From Chiloscyllium plagiosum (lineage: Eukaryota): a stretch of 64,000 bases of DNA. Numbering within the stretch: position 1 is the first letter of the stretch; each line of letters begins with the position of its first letter. The notes under the pieces were generated by a model. It made no database searches and was not told the DNA's origin. It saw only the letters and a program-made list of their open reading frames with translations. Below, in pieces: positions 37,516-50,332 of this stretch. The position numbers and the translations under genes were made by a program. The stretch covers positions 99,666,730 to 99,730,729 of the forward strand of contig NC_057718.1 of the NCBI RefSeq assembly GCF_004010195.1, read 5' to 3'.

Positions 37516-38320
37516 CCATTTAAGGAAATGTGAATAGAATACTCCTGGCATTGTCTCCGTGCTCGAAGGGTTACATTAGGTGTGCCATACATGAGGCCTA
37601 TTAGTTAACGCTTGTTGCAATCCTAATGTGCACCAGGTAGAACAGCAGCAAAAGATTTGCAATATTAATGTATTGCACAGGGACAGCACCCCACATGTAA
37701 TGGACGAGTGATAGTCAGTCAATTTGCCTTCAGAGAAAGAGGTGATTGCGCTATGATAAGGCAGAGCTCGAGCATTCTGCACAGGCCATTTGGCAACCAA
37801 TAATTGGTTTGCAAATAGAAAAAAACAGCCAATTCCAGTCGTGGCACGCTGGAGCAATTTGTCACTTTGGACGGCTATCGAAAACTCATGGGGCAATGCT
37901 TCAAGCTCCTTCACAAAGTTCAAGACTTGCATTTATATAGCACACTGTGGAGCCTCTTGGATGCCCCAAAGCACTTTACAGGCATTGTAACATTTACAAA
38001 AGTGAGGTCACTGTCGAAAAGGCACAAATGAAGTAACATCAGGCTAACAGACCAATTGAATGAGTGGCAACAGAGCTTTGGAGACTTACAGCAGTCTTAT
38101 TGTAACTCCATAGTTTAGCACAAGAGTCAGTTTCCACATTTTCTTTCCAGACCCTCTCCCTATTGAGGAGCCCTCAGCTTCTTTTCCTTTCCTAATAAAT
38201 CTGGTCAGATATGTTATTGCACCTCTCTGGAACAGGTTGGACCTCAACCCATGCCTCCTGTCTCAGAGGTAAGGACACTACCACCCAACCGTAAGAGCCC
38301 CTGTTCTGCAGTTTACATAA

Positions 38321-39052
38321 TGTTATAACACACAACGGTGAATCTGTTAATTAAACCAAACCCCCCGAAAAGATCACCTCCCATGGTAATCTATTAAAGT
38401 ATGAGTGACAGAAAATGACCTGAATTTCACTATTTAACAAAAAAATCAATTTTATTCTTTAACACTAAAAGTGAAGATTAAACAACAACTATTTACAACT
38501 CTAATGCTTCTTTCTCTTAAAGATTTGTTATCTACCTCCCACTCTATAAAAATGTACTGATCCGATAAAAGCCCCGATTAAATTTACAGCCACTTAATGC
38601 TTTCAAACCCAGACAGCAGCCTGTCATTTTCGGTGTTGACCTTCCTGTTTGTAGATCTCCCTGGGCATCTCCAGTCTTCTGCTGCAAAGATGTTTCATAT
38701 GGAAAAGATACATTTGACAGAGAGTGTGGTGAATAACAAGCTTTCAATTGGTGCCCTCTCTGGCCAACTGTCCAAAAGGTCTGTTTTTTTTTATACCCCA
38801 AATATCAGATCATCTCATTGTCAAAACAGTAAAATTCAAATTCGATTGGATTTTAGTATCTTGGGGCATAATTTAAGCTGATTGATTAAATTCGAACTGC
38901 TGTGAAAGCAACTGAGGTATCTAGGTTACAGCCAAATGTTACACCTTTCGATTGTCCAACACACTCTGTGCCTACCAGTCAGTCACATGACAGGGGCTTA
39001 CCAGCTATCACTCTCTCTTAAAGGTACAGTACACGCCTTCAATTTCATAACA
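38321..39052 (-). mobile_element. Probable solo LTR
   Basis: TGTTAT...ATAACA termini, 732 bp, flanks ATAA/ATAT (3 of 4 match), and AATAAA on the minus strand near 38451. Confidence 0.55.
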
Positions 39053-39669
39053 ATATCTTCTAACCAACTTGTTAGGAGATGATATTACACCTCTCTAGTG
39101 CAGATGGAATTTGAACCCCTGCCTCCTGACTTAGAGGGAGGGACAGTACCCACTACATCACAAGAGTCTCAACAGTTACTTCACACGTAGTTTAGAATTG
39201 GCCTGTTCAGTGATGTAAATCACTGAGTGTAGATCAAGTAGGACTTGAATCCGGACAATCCACCTTTCTACTCTTTTAAATGAACATGACCTTTAACAGG
39301 GTATGCAGCTCCTGGTGGGACTCAGTGGTTAATGTTAGATCGGAAAATTATCAAAATCTAATCAAAATATCATTAATGCAAACCCAGCCCCTGCAGTTCC
39401 CACCAGCCAGCACACATTGCATTCTCTCTCACACCCGAACATGGATGTAACTGCACCAAAGGGTTGGTCTGTTCTCCTTTCAATACTGGGTCTGGAGGCC
39501 AGTCTTGTCAACAGTGATAGAGAATGAACCTCTCTTCAGTCATAGCAAGAAGAGGACTTACCTTCACAACTAAATATGGTTTCTTGTAATGACAGCAAAG
39601 GTACAGGTGATATCAGCTAGTTAGACATAACCACTAAACATATCAGTCTTCATCAGGATATTAGTTAGA

Positions 39670-39910
39670 GACAAAAGAAACTGCAGATGCTGGAACCCAA
39701 AGTAGGCAAAACAGGAAGCTGGGAGACCACAGGCAGCATCAGGAGGTGGAGTACTCAACATTTCGGATGTTAACCCACCCCCAGTCCTGAGGAAGGGTTA
39801 CACCCGAAACGTTGGCTTCTCCACCCCCTGATGCTACCTGCCTTGCTGTGTTCCCCCAGCCTCCTGATGCTGCCTGCCTTGCTGTGTTCCCCCAGCCTCC
39901 TGCCTATCTA
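39670..39910 (-). mobile_element. Penelope-like family C inverted insertion
   Basis: Inverted arms around a hammerhead at 39787, with an internal ~36-bp tandem duplication. Confidence 0.72.
39784..39816 (+). ncRNA. Minimal hammerhead ribozyme motif, family C
   Basis: GTC-CTGAGGA-A-GGGT tac ACCC-GAAA-CGTT-GGC. A similar copy near 31029-31061 has stem I GTC/GAC. Confidence 0.7.
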
Positions 39911-40534
39911 ATCCATTAGGATCTTAAGCTAGATGCCTTACGGAAAGATTGTAATGTCTGTCTTTTTAGTTTCATTTCTTATTTTCATAACATACACTTT
40001 TTCTACGTATTTCTGAAATGCTGTGCAACATATTTTCTTCGTTTTCTCTATTTTTTATACCTAAGGTTTGTACATTGGTACTTTGTATCTAAGATGGTGC
40101 TGTGAGTTGGTGACATTGTACACTTTTCTCTGTACTCCTGTTCTTTTGTAACGTACACGTGGCAATAAACCTAATTCTAATTCTCTTTCCCTACACCCCC
40201 TCAAGACCATGTCACATGAAAGATTGGCTGAAGTTTAATACAGAATGTAGCATTAAACCTTTCAGAACCTCGAGCTTCTACAACATTGACAACTGACAAA
40301 TATTTTATGGAGATAATTGCATTGCTACCTGTGGGAGCTTGCTGTGCACAAATTAGCTGCTATGTTACAACAGTTGACAGCACACCAATAAAAATATAAA
40401 GGAAGCCTCTTTCACATGAACAAAAGCCAACAGTACAGAGTGTAGCTTCTGCTATCAGATGTCAGTATGTTCACAGGATAGACAGTGCACATTAAAGAGA
40501 AATTGAAATCAATGTGAGAAAATTAGCATGGCAG

Positions 40535-41365
40535 AGTGTGTGTGAATCTGTGTGGTCTGTATATATATGTCTGTGTCTATGTGTGTGTATAGGAGAAAGT
40601 GAGGACTGCAGATGCTGGAGATCAGATTCGAGAGTGTGGTGCTGGAAAAGCACAGCAGGTCAGGCATCATCCGAGGAGCAGGAGAATCGACGTTTCGGGC
40701 ATAAGCTCTTCATTAGGCTTCCTGATGAAGGGCTTTTTGATTTTCCTGCTCCTCGGATGCTGTCTGACCTGCTGTGCTTTTCCAGCACCACACTCTCAAC
40801 TCTATGTGTATATGTCTGTGTGTGTGTGTGTCTGTGTGTCTGTATCTGTGTGTGTGTGTCTGTGTGTATATGTCTCTGTCTGTGTGTATGCATGTGCATG
40901 TGTGTGTATGCATGTGGCTGTGTGTATGAATATGTCTCTGTGGTGTGCGTCTGTGTGTGTGTCTGTGTGTATATGTCTCTGCCTGTGTGTGTGTGTGTCT
41001 GTGCGTATATGCCTCTGTGTGTATGCATGTGCGTGTGTGTGTGCGTGTCTGTGTGTATGTGTCCCTGTCTGTGTGTATGCATGTGTGTCTGTGTCTGTAT
41101 GTAACTGTGTATGTATATGTCTGTGTCTGTGTCTGTGTGTGTGTGTCTGTGTGTGTGTCTGTGTGTATATGCCTCTGTCTGTGTGTGTGTGTCTGTGTCT
41201 GTGTGAACATGTCTCTGTCTGTGTGCATGCATGTACGTGTGCGTGTGTATGCATGTGTGTCTGTGTGCCTGTGGGTGCTTGTATGTATATGTCTCTGTCT
41301 GTGTACATGCATGTGTGTGTGTGTGTATGCATGTGTGTCTGTGTGTATATTGTTTTGTGTGTGTT
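40535..41365. repeat. Degenerate (TG)n microsatellite
   Basis: TG/TC/TA dinucleotide runs. Confidence 0.95.
40592..40800 (-). mobile_element. Penelope-like family B inverted insertion within a TG-rich repeat
   Basis: Head GGAGAAAGTGAGGACTGCAGATGCTGGAGATC followed by an inverted arm. Confidence 0.8.
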
Positions 41366-42589
41366 TCTCTCCCTTCCACATTGCTTTATTGACTGCATTC
41401 ACATTTTTACTGACAAATACCTGGTAAATATCCCACTTTGATCTCAGCTAGCTGTCAATCAGCTCTCTTTTAGTCTGAGCTCTCCTCTGTCCTGACATTT
41501 CCCTTTGTTTGGCGGCTGAATAGATTAGCTGCTGTTCTCAGGGACAGGCCAGAGGACTCAGAGGCTGGATTGTGATATCAGGTACCAGCACTGCAGGCTA
41601 TAAGGCAGCTGGCCAGTCCCTAAGAGAGCAGTCCTTTTTTAATATACATATATATATAAAATAAAACCCTCCTCCCTTGCATTTTTCCCATGCACAAAGA
41701 CAAACAAAAAGTCTTCCGTTTTGGAAGCAAAATGAGAGTATTTTATTTGAAAGAAGTGGACCAAGTTGCTGTTTCTTTCAAGGGGGAGTCAAGGGAGAGA
41801 ATGTAGCTCTTTCAAAACCCCCCTCCTGCAATCTGGGCAGGGTACCTAATAATTTGTCCTCCCCAGAGCTGTCAGCTTGTTCTGTATTATTCACAGCTCC
41901 TCCTTCCCAGGCCTTTGTGTTGTCCTCTCACTGAGAGCAAATATATCTCCATTCTAAAGAGTCAAATTTACGCACTGAACAGAACGAGACCTCAGCCATT
42001 CATCGCTGGTTCAAAGGCTTGATTTCAGGGCAGATAACCATTTCAGCTAGGATTTCATCCTTAGTGAGAAAATACGCACATCGCTAATTTGATATGAGGC
42101 TTCCCTTTGATGTTTAACCAGCAGCAAGGCCATTCCCAACCCTGTGGATGACATCCACTCTGTAACCTGTTTATTTGTCTTAAAAGTGACATTCTGTCTC
42201 TCTCTCTTTCTCACTCTTTCCCACTCTCTCTCCTACAAACCCGTCACCTTCAGTTCTCTCTCTCTCTCTTTGTGAGACCGTTTCCCCTTTTTCATCTGGT
42301 TGCCAAATCAGGAAGGCTATCAGAAGCCTGCATCTATGTGACGCCTTGGAAGGTGCTGTGCGGCCGGTCGCGCGCTTTGGAAGCTCGGTCAATGCTGCTA
42401 CACGGCTGCTGGCTTGGGCACAACAAGATCCCACAAATAGCATCACGGCAATGGCCTAATCATCTCTTCTTTAAATGAGGGGGCAAAAAAAAGTCAGTCA
42501 GGACGCTTAGTGATAAGTACCTCAGTGTGCGCATTCAAGGCATTGCTCTGAGGCATGGACTGCTTCAGGATCTGGCTTATATAGCTTCC

Positions 42590-42830
42590 ATTACACCACA
42601 GGAGCAGAAATTAGGCCATTTGGTCTGCTCCACCATTCGATCATGGCTGATAGGTTTTTCAACCCCATTTTCCTGCTTTCTCCCCGTAACCTTTGATTCT
42701 CTTGGCAATCAAGAATCTATCTATCTCTGTCTCAAATGTACTTAATGACCCGGCCTCCACAGTCTTCTGTGGCAGTGAATACCATAGATTCTCCACTCCC
42801 TGGCTGAAGATGTTTCTCCTTATCTCCGTT
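42590..42830 (-). mobile_element. CR1 (second subfamily) 3' end
   Basis: LWYSLPQKTVEAGSL..IKGYGEKAGKWG. Confidence 0.8.
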
Positions 42831-43147
42831 CTGAGAAAGAGCTTTTCTCTGTCTCCTGGCCAATATTTATCCCTCAGCAAAGAGCAGATTATCAGTTTAT
42901 CAGCAGAGGCTGAGAGCCAAATTCAGAACCCATGGGGATAGCCGCAACGGGGACCTGGGGTTCATGTCACACTACAGGTGACCCCACTGCACTATGCACT
43001 CTCTCTCACACACACACACTCTTACATACTCACGCACTCATGCAGACGCTCTCTCATACATTTGGAGATGCCGGTGTTGGACTGGGGTGTACAAAGTTAA
43101 AAATCACACAACACCAGGTTATAGTCCAACAGGTTTAATTGGAAGCA

Positions 43148-43182
43148 CACTAGCTTTCGGAGCACCGCTCCTTCATCAGGTA
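43148..43182 (-). ncRNA. Minimal hammerhead ribozyme motif, family A
   Basis: Reverse complement reads TAC-CTGATGA-A-GGAGC ggt GCTCC-GAAA-GCTA-GTG. Confidence 0.72.
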
Positions 43183-43391
43183 GTTGTGGAGGACACATTG
43201 TAAGGCGCAGAATTTATAGCAAAAGTTTACAGTGTGATGTACTGAAATTTATACATTGAAAAATACCTTGATTGTCTGTTGAGTCTTTCATCTATTCGAA
43301 TACCATGATAGTGAAACAATGTATAATTTCAGTTACATCACACTGTAAATTTTTGCTATAAATTCTGTGTTAGTATTGAACCCTCCACTAT

Positions 43392-43426
43392 CACCTGATG
43401 AAGGAGCGTCACTCCGAAAGCTAGTG
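43392..43426 (+). ncRNA. Minimal hammerhead ribozyme motif, Penelope-like family A
   Basis: CAC-CTGATGA-A-GGAG cgtca CTCC-GAAA-GCTA-GTG. Stem I is CAC/GTG, the palindrome is AGCT and the triplet is CUA. Confidence 0.75.
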
Positions 43427-45084
43427 CTTCCAATTAAACCTGTTGGACTATAACCTGGTGTTGTGTGATTTTTAACTCTCTCATACACATGCTCTCTCTC
43501 ATAAACACACACATACACCCCCTACACTCACATCCTCTCACAGGCTGATACTCCATCACACTCACATACACTTTACCAAGCATGCACACATGTAAACACA
43601 CGCTTTCTCATGTGTACTCTCACTCAAATGCACATAGGTCGATGGGATTAATTTGCATTTGCAGAATTATATTTGCAGATACATTCTGTTTTTGCTCAAA
43701 AATCTCACAATCTGCAGGCAGTCAATGCAGCCAGCCAATCCATGTAATATTTTATAAATTCTTATTTTGGAAATAGAACCAGTCTGACTCAAGATAGGAT
43801 ACAGACGAACTCTAACCTTACACCTTTAATACATTGTCCGAGCTGAGATGTCACCGTTTTTTTATGAAACCTTAAGTTATCTCGAGAATGTGACTTAAAA
43901 GAAGTTCTGGGATTTACATATTAATGAACCGAAACCTGAAACCCATTCTAAAAGATGAAAGACTCAACAGTAATCAAGGGTTGTTCAATATATCGTTTCA
44001 GTTGCATGACACTGTGATCTTTTGCTCTAAATTTGGAAGCTAGTGCTTCCAAATAAACCTGTTGGACTATAACCTGGTGTTGCGTGATTTTTAACTCTGT
44101 ACACACCAGTCCAACATCGGCTCCTCCATGTCATATCAGTTTATTATTACATTTCTCCTTGTTGGAGTTTGCTGTGCGTAAATCTGCTGCTTTTGCACTT
44201 ATATTGCAACAGCAGCTGCACTTCTAAAGCACCTCATTGGCCCTAAAGCTCATCGTGATGTCATGACAGGTGCTACATAAATGCACCTATACAGCTAGAT
44301 ACCACACCACATGCTGCATTATTCACTCACTATCAAGGACCTTATTAAAAAATAATGCACAACACCATGAATCTTCCGGAGGGTTATGCACTAATGTATT
44401 TTGAGTTGTTAATGAGGTTCTGACCTCTAACTCATATCACTGAGGTCGCAGTTTGGGTTCAATCCTCCACGCCAAGTTATACTGGTATCCTTAACCCTGG
44501 CCACCATTCCGACAAATCCACTCAGATTCACTGAATAACAAGTGACTACTTTCACAGCCCACAACAACCCAAGCCAATAAACCAAAGCGGCTCAGAGAGA
44601 GCAAAAAGAAGGAATTTCTCCAGTGAAGCACCAACAAAGGGACAGTCAATGAGCCTTTGTAAAACGTGGAAGCCCTGAGGTGACCTGAATTCAAGGATAG
44701 AGTTACAGATGAAGTGAATGGTAGTGGTGTGCAATGATCTCAAATTGGCTTCACAACACAAAACCAATCAGAGATCTGAACCACCTTTGCAAATAACTCC
44801 CAAGCTATAATTACTCATAATTACCTGCATACACATAAAAATTATTACCTAAGCATCTTCACAGGCACATTTTTGGAATAGCTGCTTCTAAAATATTGCT
44901 TTCTTTCCTTCTGGAATGTTCTGTTCAGGAAGGGCATTATAAAACATGTGAAATGATTATTTTGCTGTGTTGTGTGCTACTTTGAACTTGCTTATTTCCA
45001 CAACATTGCTGAACACCCAACATTTAAAATATCAGGAATTTTTACTGACGATCTTATAAGTAAATAGTTGTTAATTCATATCTT

Positions 45085-45400
45085 TTTTTAGATTTTAGAT
45101 TAGATTACAGTGTGGAAACAGGCCCTTCGGCCCAACAAGTCCACACCGACCCGCCGAAGCGCAACCCACCCATACCCCTACATTTACCCCTTACCTAACA
45201 CTGCGGGCAATTTAGCACGGCCAATTCACCTGACCTGCACATCTTTGGACTGTGGGAGGAAACTGGAGCACCCGGAGGAAACCCACGCAGACACGGGGAG
45301 AATGTGCAAACTCCACACAGTCAAGTCGCCTGAGGCAGGAATTGAACCCGGGTCTCCGGCGCTGTGAGGCAGCAGTGCTAACCACTGTCCCACCGTGCCT
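45085..45400 (-). mobile_element. HE1-type SINE (young subfamily)
   Basis: Near-identical to the 47735-48050 copy. Confidence 0.92.
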
Positions 45401-45676
45401 CCCACAACTATCAATGTTGTGGAATATATATGTACAGATACAATGCCCACAGTGTGCTGTGATTTCTGAGTGTCTTGTTTTATTGCTCTCTCTGCTGGGG
45501 AGGTGGAAATAAACTTAGTCTAGTAATAGCTGTCTGTGGCCCAGTGTCTACATTAGGTTTATTCAGTAAAGCAGACGACAGTGATGAGTCCACAGATTCC
45601 CAGTCACATTGCAGGATTGCCCATGTGTTCAAGTGCAGGAATGTGGGAGGTTTGTGTTTGACTGATTTGGTTTCTA

Positions 45677-45884
45677 TTTCAAAGTGTGTGGTGCTGGAAA
45701 AGCACAGCCGGTCAGGCAGCATCCAAAGGGCAGGAGAATCGACAGTTTGAGCATCAGCAAAAGCAATCCTGATGAAGAGCTTATGCCCGAAACGTCAACT
45801 CTCCTCCTCCTCGGACCCGCTGTGTTTTTCCAGCCCCACACTCTTCGACTCTGATCTCCAGCCTCTGCAGTCCTCACTTTTCTC
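45677..45884 (+). mobile_element. Penelope-like family B inverted insertion
   Basis: 15-bp TSD CTGATTTGGTTTCTA at 45662-45676 and 45885-45899. Confidence 0.82.
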
Positions 45885-45907
45885 CTGATTTGGTTTCTAA
45901 ACAAAGT

Positions 45908-46695
45908 CATGGGCCAATGGGCTGAGGAGTGGCAGATGGAGTTTAATTCAGATAAATGCGAGGTGCTGCATTTTGGGAAAGCAAATCTTAGCAGGACTTA
46001 TACACTTAATGGTAACATTCCAGGGAGTGTTACTGAACAAAGAGACCTTGGACTGCAGGTTCATAGCTCCTTGAAAGTGGAGTCGCAGGTAGATAGGATA
46101 GTGAAGAAGGCNNNNNNNNNNNNNNNNNNNNNNNNNNNNNNNNNNNNNNNNNNNNNNNNNNNNNNNNNNNNNNNNNNNNNNNNTGGAAGGATATTGTGAA
46201 ACTTGAAAGGGTTCAGAAAAGATTTACAAGGCTGTTACCAGGGTTGGAGGGTATGAGCTATAGGGAGAGGCTGAACAGGCTGGGGCTGTTTTCCCTGGAG
46301 CGTTGAAGACTGAGGGGTAACCTTATAGAAGTTTATAAAGTCATGAAGGGCATGGATAGGGTAAATAGGTCTCTTCCCTGGGATGGGGGAGTCTAGAACT
46401 AGAGGGCATAGGTTTATGGTGTGAGAGAAAAGACATAAAAGAGACCTAAGGGGGAACCTTTTCACGCAGAGGGTAGTATGTGTATGAAATGAGCTGCCAG
46501 AGGATGTGGTGGAGGCTAATACAATTGCAACATTTAAGGGCATTTGGATGGGTATATGAGTAGGAAGGTTTGGAGGGATATGGGCTGAGTGCTGGCAGGT
46601 GGGACTAGATTAGGTTGGGATATCTGGTCGGCATGGATGGGTTGGACCGAAGGGTCTGTTTCCATGCTGTACATCTCTATGACTCTATGACTCTA
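45908..46695 (+). mobile_element. CR1/HER1-type LINE fragment spanning an assembly gap
   Basis: WAEEWQMEFNSDKCEVLHFG plus tail. Confidence 0.9.
46112..46183. other. Assembly gap
   Basis: Run of N. Confidence 1.
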
Positions 46696-46789
46696 GTCAC
46701 CCTACAGGGGATGGAACATGATTTTCCAATGCAAACAATCTAAATTCAGACCAGCTCAGTTGGCTGGATGGCTGGTTTGCAATTTAGCA

Positions 46790-46910
46790 CATTTCTGATG
46801 CAGGGTCACTAGAACCCGAAATGTTAGCTTTTCTTTCTCTCTCTATAGATGCCGCCAGACCTGCGGAGTTTCTCCAGCAATTTCTGTTTCATTTCAGCAT
46901 CCGCCATTTT
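46790..46910 (+). mobile_element. Penelope-like family D fragment
   Basis: Decayed hammerhead CTGATGCAGGGTCACTAGAACCCGAAATGTTAGC plus family D body. Confidence 0.6.
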
Positions 46911-47170
46911 TGTAAGTTTCCAATTCATGGGAACTTGGGGATTGTATTTTGAGGAGAGACTGAGCAAGCTAGGCTTCTCCTCTCTGGAGTTTTGACATAA
47001 ACCTGATTGAAACATTTACAATTCTGTTATCTTTTTTGCCTTTTCCGTGACTCAGTGAAGACACCGTTGTGCAAAAAACTTGATTCAATATTTCCACCAG
47101 CAGGGAATCCCCATGGGGCCAGGGAACGCGTAAGGAGCAAAACCTGAAGCAAAATGCTTATGTGAAGCAA

Positions 47171-47458
47171 GTTAAAAATCACACAACACCAGGTGATAGT
47201 CCAACACATTTATTTGGAAGCACTAGCTTTCAGAGCACTGCTCCTTCATCAGGTAGCTAGTGGGGCAGGGTCATAAGACACAGAATTTATAGCAAAAGAT
47301 CACAGTGTCATACAACTGATGCGATATATCATATTTTTAGTAATATATAGCAGCGCTCCAAAAGCTAGTACTTCCAAATAAACTTGTTGGCCTATAACCT
47401 GGTGTTGTGTGATTTTTAACTTTGTCCCCCCCAGTCCAACGCCGGCACCTCCACATCA
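47171..47458 (+). mobile_element. Penelope-like family A inverted insertion
   Basis: GTTAAAAATCACACAACACCAGG arm, its inverse and a tail. Confidence 0.78.
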
Positions 47459-47734
47459 TGTGGACAAAGTGAAGGGGGTGAGTGGAGATTAAATCAAAGT
47501 AAGGGGGGAAAGACAAGTAGAGCACCCCACCCTCCCACACTGCCCGCCTCTTCTTCAAGACATCGAGAGCGTTGGTGGGCACTGCATGCTCCCTCTCCAG
47601 GGACACCCAGGTACAAACATAACCACGTTTACAGCCAGCCTAGCCAGGCCCAGGAGCAGACCCACTGGGAAACCCTCCAACCTGCCCGCTCCCCTTTTCA
47701 CCAGGTACCCCAAGACCAGGAGCGTGGGGCTGAA

Positions 47735-48050
47735 ATGGTGGCACAGTGGTTAGCACTGCTGCCTCGCAGCGCCAGAGACCCGGGTTCAATTCCCACCTCA
47801 GGCGACTGACTGTGTGGAGTTTGCACGTTCTCCCCGTGTCTGCGTGGGTTTCCTCCGGGTGCTCCGGTTTCCTCCCACAGTCCAAGGATGTGCAGGTCAG
47901 GTGAATTGGCCATGCTAAATTGCCCGTAGTGTTAGGTAAGGGGTAAATGTAGGGGCATGGGTGGGTTGCGCTTCGGCGGGTCGGTGTGGACTTGTTGGGC
48001 CGAAGGGCCTGTTTCCACACTGTAAGTAATCTAATCTAATCTAATCTAAA
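47735..48050 (+). mobile_element. HE1-type SINE (young subfamily)
   Basis: Full length with a (TAATC)n tail. Confidence 0.92.
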
Positions 48051-48411
48051 AATGTAGCCAAAACAATTGTAACACATTTTTTCAGGTAACTAATGAATAC
48101 CCATAACCAAACACGCATAGACCACAAAGCAGTCTTGTTGTTATGTTAGTTTCCTGATTACAAACATATTATTGGGATAATTCAAATCCCCTAACCCTAA
48201 CTGACCTGAGTCAAACTGGTAATTCAATCTAAAGAGAGATGCCCACACTTTATCTTGCGCAAAAGTTCCACTTGGCTTGATTAAACAGATTAGCAATTAA
48301 ACAGTAAAGGATTATTATGTATTAATTTAGTAGTTATTGACATTGCATCTAAGACTAATTATTGTCTCTTGTGAGAGATCAGGCCTAATTAATGCAGAGG
48401 TTCACGTTACA

Positions 48412-48548
48412 ATGGAAAAGTGTGGCACTGGAAAAGCACAGTAGGTCAGGTTGCATTCGAGGAGCTGGGCAGTCATCGTTTCAGGCCTTGACACACGTTT
48501 CACACGCTTTGACTCTGATCTCCAGCATCTGCAGTCCTCACTTTGTCC
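48412..48548 (+). mobile_element. Penelope-like family B decayed insertion
   Basis: CTGGAAAAGCACAGTAGGTCAGG arm and CTGATCTCCAGCATCTGCAGTCCTCACTTT tail. Confidence 0.6.
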
Positions 48549-49036
48549 AAGTTCACATTATGACCTTAGCTCTATGCTATTAACACAAGGTGCAATCATT
48601 CAGGAACCAACAAGATACAAAGTGGACTTGAGTTAGTTCCACCCATTCCACCCCACCCCTGACGGGCGGAGATTGTGCCATGAGGTTGGTTAACCCTTTC
48701 AGGTTCTTACTGTCTTGTGCAAGAGGACTGACAGGGGTGAATGTTGGGAGGATGTCTCCACCCCTCCCCCCCACCCCCAATGGTAGAGACCAGACTTTGA
48801 GGTCACAGTCTCAGACTGAGACGAGGAGAAACCCCCTTCAACTTTTTGTGGTGAATGTTCAGAATAGAGACTGACTCACTGAATGTGTTCAACACAGAGA
48901 TCAATATGTTTTCGGGGATGTGGAGATTGTAGGGGGAGGTGGAAGATCAGCCATATGTGAAGGCACCTGCTCCCTTCCCTTGTGTTTCATTTTATCAGTG
49001 TTGGCTGTGTTCGCTCTCATGGTCTACTTTCCACAG

Positions 49037-49137
49037 GTAACCAAATCACCAAGGAAGCAAACTCCAGGGAACCGATGGAAGCAAAGTTCTGGCTGACCCC
49101 CTTTCAGACCAAACTGAGGTCCAGGCTGCAGCTCAAG
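49037..49137 (+). CDS. Internal coding exon (NQITKEANSREPMEAKFWLTPFQTKLRSRLQLK)
   Basis: Acceptor ctactttccacAG and strong donor AAG|GTAAGA. 101 nt, phase 1 to 0, bridging exon 1 and the 62245 exon. An alternative acceptor exists at 48998. Confidence 0.55.
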
Positions 49138-49939
49138 GTAAGAAATGCAAAGCTAACATCGCTGAGTATGAAGGTGGTCTCGCACTTCCCATTCACAAGG
49201 GCTGAGCTAGGTCGAGAGGGCTAGGATTCCTGCTCACAGAAAGTCAAGTGCCAATGCTGTAAAAGCCATAAAACATGCAACAAAGTGCTCTGTTGTAACA
49301 TTTTTGCTTCCTTATAAAGTTGCCTTTTGGTAGTGGATCGAGCTTTTTCTTAATTATATCTACGAGGCAGAGAGTGAAATGAAGGCTCCTAGGGATCCTG
49401 TAAAAATTGTCATTGGGATTCCTGGGGAGGGTAGGAGGAGGTGAGGGGTTGCTCTGAAGGGTGGGAGGTGTAAGGTCATTGGGGAGTGTGGGTGGGTGAG
49501 GGGTCGCTGTGAAGGGTGGGGGGGTGAAGGGTCACTGGGAAGAATAGGGGTGTGAGAGGACTTCAGAAGGGTGGGGAGATGTGGAGTGGATAAGGAGTGA
49601 AGGGGGAGGAGCTCAGACACTGCCTTCTGATGACCAAACCTTGTGAGCAGAGTGAGGGTGGGTTAAATGTACACTGTAGTGCACAATGGACCACTGGCAC
49701 CATCCTTGTGTTGGAGGATAGCCATCAGTTACTGTAGGGGATTACACACTGGCATGGATTGTTGAATGGGCACAGTAGGACTAAGTGGGTCATTGTCAGG
49801 TTGGCAGGCTATAGCTGGTAAAGTATGACACAAATTCAGTAGAGTCCCAGATGACCACAGTCTATGTCAATGATTTGGATGATGGGACTAGATGCAACAA
49901 TTCCAAATTTTCTGATGAGCTACAACATGGTTAGAGACA

Positions 49940-50332
49940 ATAAAAAAAAGCTGCAGCTGCTACAATCCAAAATAGACAGGCAGGAGGCTGGAAGAACACA
50001 GCAAGGCAGTCAGCATCAGGAGGTGGAGTAGTTCACATTTCAGATGTAACCCTTCTTCAGGGAAAAGGGTTCTGAAGCAGAGTTACACCTGAAACGTTGA
50101 GTTCTCCACCTCCTGATGTTGCCTGGCTTGCTGTGTTCTTCCAGCCTCCTGCCTATCTACTAGGTGAAAGCGAGTACTGCAGATGCTGGAGATCAGAATC
50201 TAGGTTAGAGTGGTGCTGGAAAAGCACAGCAGGTTAGGCAGCATCCGAGGAGCAGGAGAGTCAACGTTTCAGACAAAAGCCCTTCATCAGGATGATCCTG
50301 ATGCTTTTCCAGTACCACTCTAATCTTGACTC
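49940..50332 (-). mobile_element. Adjacent family C (about 49940-50160) and family B (about 50161-50332) inverted insertions in an old CR1 relic
   Basis: Two inverted-arm units with hammerhead remnants; degenerate CR1 RT sequence on both sides. Confidence 0.72.

Larger units (their letters stand above)
43061..43475 (-). mobile_element. Younger family A inverted insertion nested in the element above
   Basis: 12-bp TSD CTCTCTCATACA at 43049-43060 and 43476-43487; two hammerheads on opposite strands; 35-nt tail. Confidence 0.85.
42901..44133 (+). mobile_element. 5'-truncated Penelope-like retroelement (family A) retaining the end of its ORF
   Basis: 42901-42981 reads QQRLRAKFRTHGDSRNGDLGFMSHYR*, resembling the C-terminus of Penelope GIY-YIG ORFs. 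It ends in the family-A terminus. 11-bp TSD TATCAGTTTAT at 42890-42900 and 44134-44144. Confidence 0.78.

Noticed and set aside
37576..37990. ORFs or an exon in a unique intronic region
   Set aside because: The candidate acceptor near 37733 gives early stops in the needed phase, and there is no recognisable protein.
40514..41441. Long Cys/Val- or His/Thr-rich ORFs (also 58329-58607)
   Set aside because: They are translations of (TG)n microsatellites.
44557..44680. Possible exon after actttcacAG
   Set aside because: The phase-1 frame stops at once and there is no convincing donor.
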